A model generated the notes under the pieces. It had not been told where the DNA came from, searched no databases, and saw nothing but the letters and a program-made list of their open reading frames with translations. Both the position numbers and the translations under genes were made by a program. This document shows positions 24,954-32,000 of a DNA stretch of 32,000 nucleotides, one piece after another. Position 1 is the first letter of the stretch; every line of letters begins with the position of its first letter. The stretch comes from Candidatus Heimdallarchaeota archaeon. Its GTDB lineage: Archaea > Asgardarchaeota > Heimdallarchaeia > JABLTI01. The stretch spans positions 1-32,000 of the forward strand of contig JAUWKS010000025.1 in assembly GCA_030614005.1 (NCBI GenBank), written 5' to 3'.

Positions 24954-25610
24954 ATTGACTCTCTAATAAAACAATGGGCTATCCGATGTGTAATACTTGA
25001 TTTAGATGGGACACTTATTGATACACTTGACAAACACATTCAAGCCTTTGAAATGTTATTTGCTGAAATAGACGTAGATATTTCCCATGAGGCAATAGCT
25101 GAAAATATGGGTAGAACTCCAAAGGATACTCTCAAATCACTAGTACCTGAACTAGTTAAGGACAATGAGAAATTAGAACAATTAGCATCGAAAAAAGAAA
25201 TGATTCTCTCAGGTTTGCTTGATACCATTCCTCTTTTTGATGGAGCCATTGAACTATTAGATAATCTAAAAAGTATGGGTTTGCCACTTTGTTTAGCATC
25301 ATCAACACCAAAATATAATGTAATGAAGATGTTGAAAGCTGTCAAAATAGATCAATATTTCAAAGTAATTATCACTGGCGAAGATATTACAATTGGAAAA
25401 CCAAATCCTCAAGCGTTTCTAAAAGCAGCAAAAAAGGCAAATATCGTCCCTCAACATTGCTTAGTAATAGGTGATTCACCTCATGATGTTGCTGCTGCTA
25501 CTAATGCAGGGATGAAAATAATTGCTGTTAATACTGGTAAACATGATCTTCACAAAATCGAGATAAATAATATTGAAAAAATCATTTCCTCATTGGAGGA
25601 GCTGCTTTAA
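24936..25610 (+). CDS. HAD-superfamily hydrolase (beta-phosphoglucomutase/phosphatase-like, subfamily IA)
   Basis: Motif I DLDGTLID, motif II LASST, motif III GKPNP, motif IV IGDSPHDVAAATNAGM. Confidence 0.93.
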   Translation: MRYLTQIDSLIKQWAIRCVILDLDGTLIDTLDKHIQAFEMLFAEIDVDISHEAIAENMGRTPKDTLKSLVPELVKDNEKLEQLASKKEMILSGLLDTIPLFDGAIELLDNLKSMGLPLCLASSTPKYNVMKMLKAVKIDQYFKVIITGEDITIGKPNPQAFLKAAKKANIVPQHCLVIGDSPHDVAAATNAGMKIIAVNTGKHDLHKIEINNIEKIISSLEELL

Positions 25611-25756
25611 GTAGCAACTACAAAAATTCAAACTGAAAAATGTGAAAATGATAACTTTGCTTTTATAATAGTACACACAATTTAAAATAGTAAAAACTCT
25701 TATAAGTTAGAGTCTTTTATCAGATATATTCATAAAAGAACCGATTGGTGAACATT

Positions 25757-25915
25757 ATGGCTAGAACAAATTTCGGATGGCAATTATTAGGAACAGTATT
25801 AGTTGGTGTTGTATTTGCGCTTCCAATTATAATTGGTTATTACATCGTTAAGGGGATAACGAGTAGAGTCGAAAAACGAAAAGAAAAAGTTGTAAAAGAT
25901 CATACAGTTGTCTAA
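25757..25915 (+). CDS. 52-aa single-TM membrane peptide; not in the ORF track
   Basis: Hand translation: MARTNFGWQLLGTVLVGVVFALPIIIGYYIVKGITSRVEKRKEKVVKDHTVV*. GGTGA RBS 6 nt upstream and TATA-like CTTATAAG at about 25698. Confidence 0.65.
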   Translation: MARTNFGWQLLGTVLVGVVFALPIIIGYYIVKGITSRVEKRKEKVVKDHTVV

Positions 25916-26020
25916 TTAACTGTCTTTTTCTCCATTTTTTCATTTTATTTTAATTTGTTTTGAGTTATTTTTGAGACTAGTATTAGTTCTATTGGTTTTT
26001 TCTAGAAAATTAAGGATTGT

Positions 26021-28786
26021 TTAATTTTCTTCTTCATCAATAAATGCACTTAGTTTTGTTTGTTTTGATTTTTGCTTGGCTGATTTTTCATCAGTTGTAT
26101 CTATGAATTCTCTTTCACTTGCAGATTTTGTTGGTAATCTTTTAAGTATCTCATCAATAGGTTCCATTGTAAGTTTATTCTTAATATCTTGTAACGTAAT
26201 TTTAATACCAAATCCTTCAGATGCACGTAGGATTTCTGTTACATAATGTTCACGATCGATATCTGTTGCATATTTAGGATGTCTCGCGCGGTCACTAATC
26301 AAACCTGAACCTGGAGTAACGACCCATGGGAATTTATCAAATTCTTTCCATTCTGTTATTGGATCTAATCCTTCTTTTTTTGCATAATCGAGAAAAGCAA
26401 GAACAGCAGGCATTTTCGTTTTATATTTACTTGGCTCCTTTTTAACAGGTGATAATACCAATGCTTTTTCTAGTAATTTATCAACGGGCATCTGTAAAAT
26501 ATCCTTGGATAAATTAATTAGATACTTGGTTGCTTTCTTTAACCCGAGATCGACAAATTCAGTATCTTTTTCCTGTTTATTTTTCTTCTTTACTGGTTCT
26601 TTTAGAATAAGTTCCAGAACTTTCGTTTGTGCATCTCGAGAGAGAAAAGACCAGTCAGAACGAACTGCCTCAAAGCCCTTTATTTGCAGACGATTATCTA
26701 ATAAACTAAAATAGCTATATGCTTTTGCGCGACCTGGTTTGAAAATTAATTTGTAAGCAATATCTTCTAGCGTTAAATCCATAGCTTCTGGAAATTGCTT
26801 ATTTAGATTTTTTAATATTTTATCTGTTAATGATAATAGTTTAGCCAATTTTTTCTTTTTCTTTGATGGATTATTTTCATTAAAGACATCAATAACAAAA
26901 CCTTCGTCTAGAATTTTGATAAAAGCGCTGTCGGTATCGCCATAAACGATATCTACCGGAGTTATTTCTTTGGAAATTTTCTGGAGTAATTTCTCCATTC
27001 TAAGAATATATGTTCGAGCAATATTTGTTATTGCGTTGCCTAATGTAATGGAATAGAACCGACTGCGAATATAGTTGTGTGCACCATACATTGAATTTGC
27101 AACGATTTTTAGTGAATATTGCTCTTTATTGAGTATCTCTTTTTCGCTTAGTAATTTCACTAGTGTTGGTTCATCTACCTTTTCAGTTATTTTCTGAGTG
27201 ACTTTCTTAATTTTGTTTTTTACTTCTTCTCTTCTATTTATTAATGTGGCTTCCATCAAAGAAAGACATGATTGTGGTTTAGAATTGAACATCTCGAGAG
27301 GATTTATTCTTTCAATTTCCTTGAATTTCTTCAAGGTTTCTCCCCCAACATTATGGGCTACACAGACAGAAGGATACATACTTCTGAAGTCGCTAATTAT
27401 AACTCCAACATGTAAGCTACCTTTAGGAATGAGGACAGTTCCTCCTGTATGAGGATTCTTTTTCCGGTCAGTTAATCTTTGTGCAACCTCTTTGTCATCA
27501 GGAGCCATTGGAATGAGTACTCCTTTAAGACGGCAAAAACGCATTAATTCAAACTCACCTTGGATTCTTTCAGTGCTTGCAGGTGATTCACCTGCGGGAT
27601 ATCCTGTTAAACGGATAACTTCGAACCATCCTTGTATACCCAATTTCCAGAAAAGCTGATAGGTGAGCACACTGTCTCTAATAGCATATTTTTTTAGTAA
27701 TGCTCTATCTGTAGTATTGCCATTAAGATAACCAGAACGCCAAATTTCTCCTGTTGTTCGCTGAATATCGATTTTCCCTTCATCTAAAACTGCTTCTGCA
27801 ATATCTCCCAAACCCTTCTTACCGGAAATTGGATGAATGCCCCAAGTACGAGGTGAAATATCATACGATATTCTTCCTTTCATTCTAAACGTTCTATGCC
27901 TGTTTGAGTAAAAAACAGTATCATCTCTAAATTGTGAAAAAAGTCTATTGTCAATTCCTAATTTGTCCATTCTTGCTAGCAAATACGGGATATCAAAATT
28001 ATCGCCATTAAAAGTGATCAAAGCATCTGGTTGAATGTTTACAATATCATCAAGAAATTCCAGAAGGACTCTTCTTTCATCCTTATCTGTATTTTCTTTT
28101 AAAATGAATAGCTTTTTCGAATACTCTAGAGAGTCATTACCTAAAGCATAAGATATCACTGTTATTCTCTTTCTAGTTTCAGTGATGAGTTGTTGAATAG
28201 TTTCTGTTTGATGATCAACCTCGATATCAAAAGCCATAATCTTCAATTTATAGAAATAATCTGGGGAAGAAATTATCTCATTAAGAGCGGGTTGAATGTT
28301 TTCACATTTTGCTTCAATAATTATATCCTTGTCTTTTAATTGAATAGTTGTTGCTTTTACTTTTACTATATTCAAGCATCTGATATTTAAATCAAGAAGA
28401 ACGCGTTTGACAAAAGGAATATCTGCCTCGTGAATTTCAAATCCTGCTTGAAGGAATCTTTGCCTTATTGTTGGAGTTTGCTCTGGGTGGGTACCAAATA
28501 GTTGCACTAATTGTATCTGTTCTCCTCCAAAATACCTCTTCATTGAAACCTCTTCTTTTCTGATAACCCATTTGTGAACTATTGAATCATTCTGAATGAA
28601 TTTATCCAGTCCAGCTTTTTTCGTTAAGTAGAAATAAGGGTGAAAATTTGTCACTTTAACTAAGATATTTTCTTTTTTGGTCTTCCCAAATAAGCGAACT
28701 GTAGGAGACGATGCGTTTGTATCAATTTTATAATCAATATCAATCAACATAAAGTTAAATTCTGCATCTCCAGACATTTTCGACAC
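26021..28786 (-). CDS. polB: Family B DNA polymerase with intact 3'-5' exonuclease and polymerase motifs and a C-terminal PIP-box-like motif
   Basis: ExoI FDIEV, ExoII FNGDNFDIPYL, ExoIII YAIRD; Pol A DFRSMYPS, B KIVANSMYG, C YGDTDS; KGFEAVRSDW; QTKLSAFI (26039-26062). Confidence 0.96.
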   Translation of the reverse strand: MSKMSGDAEFNFMLIDIDYKIDTNASSPTVRLFGKTKKENILVKVTNFHPYFYLTKKAGLDKFIQNDSIVHKWVIRKEEVSMKRYFGGEQIQLVQLFGTHPEQTPTIRQRFLQAGFEIHEADIPFVKRVLLDLNIRCLNIVKVKATTIQLKDKDIIIEAKCENIQPALNEIISSPDYFYKLKIMAFDIEVDHQTETIQQLITETRKRITVISYALGNDSLEYSKKLFILKENTDKDERRVLLEFLDDIVNIQPDALITFNGDNFDIPYLLARMDKLGIDNRLFSQFRDDTVFYSNRHRTFRMKGRISYDISPRTWGIHPISGKKGLGDIAEAVLDEGKIDIQRTTGEIWRSGYLNGNTTDRALLKKYAIRDSVLTYQLFWKLGIQGWFEVIRLTGYPAGESPASTERIQGEFELMRFCRLKGVLIPMAPDDKEVAQRLTDRKKNPHTGGTVLIPKGSLHVGVIISDFRSMYPSVCVAHNVGGETLKKFKEIERINPLEMFNSKPQSCLSLMEATLINRREEVKNKIKKVTQKITEKVDEPTLVKLLSEKEILNKEQYSLKIVANSMYGAHNYIRSRFYSITLGNAITNIARTYILRMEKLLQKISKEITPVDIVYGDTDSAFIKILDEGFVIDVFNENNPSKKKKKLAKLLSLTDKILKNLNKQFPEAMDLTLEDIAYKLIFKPGRAKAYSYFSLLDNRLQIKGFEAVRSDWSFLSRDAQTKVLELILKEPVKKKNKQEKDTEFVDLGLKKATKYLINLSKDILQMPVDKLLEKALVLSPVKKEPSKYKTKMPAVLAFLDYAKKEGLDPITEWKEFDKFPWVVTPGSGLISDRARHPKYATDIDREHYVTEILRASEGFGIKITLQDIKNKLTMEPIDEILKRLPTKSASEREFIDTTDEKSAKQKSKQTKLSAFIDEEEN

Positions 28787-28893
28787 TCATGGTTTAATTA
28801 AAAATATCGTATACAATAGAATATTGTTCATAGATTTTTAACTTCATCTGTAACAAAAGTAACTGATAGAGAGAGCGGAAAAAAAGGTATTAT

Positions 28894-29886
28894 TTATCTA
28901 AAAGTTTTGGCTATCTGTTTCAGATCATCGTCACTCAATAAAGTATCAGGAGAAATAATTATTTTATAGATACAATCACGGCATAAATCATCGCCAATTT
29001 TCGCCCCGTAGATTTGTGATAAAACAAGTGAATCTTCATATCGTTTTAATGTAACTCTTATTCCGCGAGTTTCAATTTGAAATTTAGTAACTGGACACCT
29101 TAAAATCTCTTCACCATTTTTCTTTATACAGAAATCAGGACAAATTTCATTTCCAGAACTTTCAAGTGCATCCTTACGCAAATCTGGAAGAATTCCAAGA
29201 ACCATTTTATTTACTTCCTCATGAAAACCAAAATTTGTTGTTTCAGTTTCAATAAATTCATCGCGATTCAAACAATAGGTTGTTCCATTTTCGAACTCCT
29301 TTTTCATTGGACAAGGATAGTGAAATGAATAGTCTTCTTCTTTTTTCTTATCAACAACAAATTCTATTTTTTCACCGGTGGTTTGTTCGTAAATCCATTT
29401 GAAAACGTCCAATAAACCATCAAGAGTGACAGCACTCGTACTGAAAACATCCCAAGAGCGATCTAAAATACTCTTTAAACCTAATTTACTTATAACATAT
29501 TTTTCCTTCATAGTTTTCTTAAGGTCAGATTTATGACGAAGAACACAAATTGGAGTGAGCTTTTTATTGGTATGCTTTAGAATTCTGTGAAATTCATCTT
29601 TAACTTCTTCAAACCGTTTCTTATCGCTTGCATCCAAAACAAAAACAATGAGATCAGCAAAAGGAAGTAGAGGAGTAATTTCTTCTCGGAAACGTTCTTG
29701 TCCACCAAGGTCAAAAATTCTAAAATTCATATCTTTAAATGAAAGAGTATTAAGAGAAACGCCTAACGTAGGTGCGGTTTTGAATACATCACCTTTCGTA
29801 AAGATATTTTGTATGGTTGTTTTTCCAGCATTAGATAATCCACAAAAAAGAATTACTCTGGATTTTTCTTTACCCTTTCTGAGCAT
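28894..29886 (-). CDS. Arf/Sar-like small GTPase fused to a C-terminal Cys-rich domain
   Basis: G1 GLSNAGKT, G2 PTLG, G3 DLGGQ, G4 HKSD, G5 SAV and an Arf-like last helix (DGLLDVFKWI). The ~145-aa extension carries 7 Cys. Confidence 0.88.
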   Translation of the reverse strand: MLRKGKEKSRVILFCGLSNAGKTTIQNIFTKGDVFKTAPTLGVSLNTLSFKDMNFRIFDLGGQERFREEITPLLPFADLIVFVLDASDKKRFEEVKDEFHRILKHTNKKLTPICVLRHKSDLKKTMKEKYVISKLGLKSILDRSWDVFSTSAVTLDGLLDVFKWIYEQTTGEKIEFVVDKKKEEDYSFHYPCPMKKEFENGTTYCLNRDEFIETETTNFGFHEEVNKMVLGILPDLRKDALESSGNEICPDFCIKKNGEEILRCPVTKFQIETRGIRVTLKRYEDSLVLSQIYGAKIGDDLCRDCIYKIIISPDTLLSDDDLKQIAKTFR

Positions 29887-29969
29887 ACAATATTCATTTC
29901 ACTGTTCCATAAAATACCTTTCGATAGCGCACTTCTTTCATTTTGGAAATTATGTATAAAAGGAGGTTT

Positions 29970-31043
29970 CTATTGAATCACATCTCTTCGTTTTTTTGTA
30001 AAGAATGCTCTGTAGATTTCTGGTGACTCATCAAAAATTTCCTCAGCGATATAGCTGATTATTCGCTGTCCTAAGTCTTGTTTCATATGGGCGCGGTTAT
30101 GTGTTAAATATGCTGGAGTTATGAACCCGTTTCCATCGTGATATGTTACAAGTGCTTGTTGAATATCCTTTAGAAATTTCTTCTGGGGTATAAGTGAATC
30201 AATTCGTATCGGAAGGCCACCTTCCTTCAAGATGAAATAGCTTAAATAAAATGATTGGATTTCCTTTTCTTGAAAAACTTCTGAAGCTTTCCAAATTTTC
30301 TCTCGGAGTTCACTTATTGTTGGTGTAAATTCAATTGGTTTAGTGAATCCTGTTTTGCCATTTGCTATAACATTTACAAGAGTGACATCATTAAACTGAA
30401 GTTTTTTCTTTTGAGCAAATAAATGCTTGCCAAGAATATCTGCTCGCGAATCCTTTGAAACACCGACTAAAATTACCTCTTTTTCTATACATTTGGTTAT
30501 TAATTTGTATGCTGATTGAATAAATTCTTGATACAGACTTAGGAATTTATCGATATAACTTCCTTCTTCGATAGAACTAATATCATCAATAGAATATTTC
30601 AAACTATGTGGAATACCTTTGTAGGCAAAATTAGTTATCGAACCATCTAAAAATAAAATATCCGGTTTTTCTTCCATTAATTGGAGCGCTACTTTTACCT
30701 CGAGTAAATCTCTAAAGAGTGCTCCGTAATTTCTGGAGTCATCTTCCATAGTGAGGATTTCAACATCATTTTCCTCAAACCAAATAGGATCTTTCCCTTG
30801 TTCAAAAATCGCTCCAGCTGCCCTGGCTGGCATAACAGTTATTCCAATGAAATCTTCTGAATACCCCCCTCCATCTAAAGCAGCAATTCTCCTTGCTTTG
30901 CCTTCTTCTGGCAGCGGATAAATATTGATCTTTAAGCTTTTGATAGTATTAACTATTTTTTTGAGGTTTTTGCGAGCTAATTTAGCTTTTACTACAATTT
31001 TAGATTCAAAGGCATTGGTGTCATGATTATTCAAGTAATTCAT
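29970..31043 (-). CDS. nurA: NurA-family nuclease
   Basis: IAALDGG, LFLDGS, LVGVSKDS and GFITPAYLTHNRAH correspond to the NurA catalytic Asp/Asp and C-terminal His blocks. Confidence 0.8.
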   Translation of the reverse strand: MNYLNNHDTNAFESKIVVKAKLARKNLKKIVNTIKSLKINIYPLPEEGKARRIAALDGGGYSEDFIGITVMPARAAGAIFEQGKDPIWFEENDVEILTMEDDSRNYGALFRDLLEVKVALQLMEEKPDILFLDGSITNFAYKGIPHSLKYSIDDISSIEEGSYIDKFLSLYQEFIQSAYKLITKCIEKEVILVGVSKDSRADILGKHLFAQKKKLQFNDVTLVNVIANGKTGFTKPIEFTPTISELREKIWKASEVFQEKEIQSFYLSYFILKEGGLPIRIDSLIPQKKFLKDIQQALVTYHDGNGFITPAYLTHNRAHMKQDLGQRIISYIAEEIFDESPEIYRAFFTKKRRDVIQ

Positions 31044-31122
31044 CTCTGAGAGTAGTGATTATTATTTGTTTGGAAATAATTACCCATTCGCTTTATTTCA
31101 AAGTTATTATTAAAAATAGTTT

Positions 31123-31518
31123 CTAAAAACCCATTGCTTTCTCCATGTATTTTGTTGCTTCCTTCTCCTTTCCTAGGCGCTGAAGCGCTAATCCTTTGTT
31201 GAAATTTGCATCTCGATGATCTGGCGAAAGTTTCAATACTTGATCAAAATATTTTAATGCTTCATCAAATTTATCGAATTCAATTAGTATCAATCCCATC
31301 ATAAACACATAATCAAGATTGTCTGGCTGTTGAGTCAGAAGTGTTTGATAGATGTGATATGCTTCATCCAATTTGTTCAAGTGCCTTAAACATGATGCCT
31401 TCTCCAGAAGAAGTGTAATATCTTCTGGTTCTGTCTCGAGTAGGATATCTAATTCTTTGAGTTTCTTCTTATATGTTTCATAGTCGTGGGAATGGTTATT
31501 TTTTGTCAAGACATTCAA
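31123..31518 (-). CDS. Small TPR-repeat protein
   Basis: About 3 TPRs (MGLILIEFDKFDEALKYFDQVLKLSPDHRDANFNKGLAL). Confidence 0.88.
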   Translation of the reverse strand: MNVLTKNNHSHDYETYKKKLKELDILLETEPEDITLLLEKASCLRHLNKLDEAYHIYQTLLTQQPDNLDYVFMMGLILIEFDKFDEALKYFDQVLKLSPDHRDANFNKGLALQRLGKEKEATKYMEKAMGF

Positions 31519-31693
31519 CTTTAATTAGCAAATATTTGATAGTGTATAGTTTTCACTTTAAAATTCTATTTACTAATGAATAATCTATTTAGAGAAGCAT
31601 TTTTTAATATCTATTAAAGGAGATATCAACTAACTTTTATTGACTGAAGAAAAGTCAATAATTAAAGAGACTTCAAGAATCTGGTGGTAACAA

Positions 31694-32000
31694 ATGTCAG
31701 GCAAAATTCAGACACAAAGAGCATTATTAGTTGAAGCAATTCTCGATAGAAAAGAAGGAGATCATCTATCCGAGCTTTCTGAATTAGCCTATGTTTCTGG
31801 ATACAATGTTGTAGGAAAAGTAACTCAAAATATACAAAAATCAAATCCTGAATATTTATTTGGAAAGGGGAAAGTAAAAGAGATTAAAGGAAAAGTGAAA
31901 GAGCTACAAGTTAATGTTGTAATTATCGAAAACAAACTTGATGTTGGTCAATTAGAAAACCTCCGAAAAATGTGGAGAGTAGAAATAATTGACAGATTTG
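31694..32000 (+). CDS. hflX: GTPase HflX, N-terminal part (runs off the window); not in the ORF track
   Basis: Hand translation: MSGKIQTQRALLV...LSELSELAYVSGYNVVGKVTQ...NPEYLFGKGKVKEI...VVIIENKLDVGQLENLRKMWRVEIIDRF, the HflX N-terminal domain pattern. Confidence 0.88.
   Translation, partial: MSGKIQTQRALLVEAILDRKEGDHLSELSELAYVSGYNVVGKVTQNIQKSNPEYLFGKGKVKEIKGKVKELQVNVVIIENKLDVGQLENLRKMWRVEIIDRF

Noticed and set aside
26021-28786. PolB as an inactivated (PolB2-like) or eukaryotic delta-like enzyme with CysA/CysB
   Set aside because: All Exo and Pol catalytic motifs are intact, and the C-terminus has a PIP-like motif but no Cys clusters.
31640-31690. TTG-started 16-codon ORF ending WW*, in frame with and 3 nt before hflX (possible attenuator uORF)
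   Set aside because: TGGTGG doubles as the GGTGG RBS of hflX, the start codon is weak, and there is no supporting structure. Most likely incidental.
1098-31844. Short overlapping or antisense ORFs in the track (e.g. 1098, 1384, 1916, 1925, 2541, 2877, 5893, 6717, 6818, 9924, 11685, 13191, 13693, 14778, 15886, 17308, 18577, 19701, 24658, 25040, 26505, 27198, 29648, 31662)
   Set aside because: They overlap well-supported genes, show the S/F/I/L-rich composition of shadow frames, and have no motifs or RBS. 15886 shadows the RHH gene and 31662 shadows hflX.
1-32000. tRNA, rRNA, SRP or RNase P RNA genes
   Set aside because: No cloverleaf, T-loop consensus or long GC-rich structured block was seen. 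The intergenic spaces hold only short hairpins. A tRNAscan-SE/Infernal run would be needed to exclude them formally.

Overview
AT-rich archaeal chromosomal window, most likely from an Asgard archaeon (inference; Heimdallarchaeia-like). Support: archaeal TBP, an RFAP synthase-like enzyme and GGTGA/GGAG-type ribosome-binding sites, together with eukaryote-signature proteins (two-domain gelsolin, longin-like protein, Arf-like GTPase). Housekeeping and metabolic genes: IleRS, TBP, RNA-free RNase P (HARP), HIT hydrolase, PspC, FucI/AraA-family isomerase, HAD hydrolase, family-B DNA polymerase, NurA, the 5' part of hflX, and several membrane-anchored surface proteins. Four small CDSs missing from the ORF track were read by hand (Zn-ribbon, 59-aa basic protein, RHH regulator, 52-aa membrane peptide), plus the partial hflX. 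Main oddities: (i) a co-directional TPR-NurA-Arf(Cys-rich tail)-PolB cluster without HerA; (ii) a ~250-bp tandemly duplicated non-coding module (palindromic operator, TATA, hairpins) upstream of a translationally coupled surface-protein / membrane-tethered wHTH gene pair; (iii) a tight three-gene unknown module lying between an EamA gene and a 5' remnant of an EamA paralog; (iv) an IleRS with both signature motifs altered (GMHH, AMHRS). No tRNA, rRNA, CRISPR array or transposase was recognised. All family calls come from motif recognition, not database searches.
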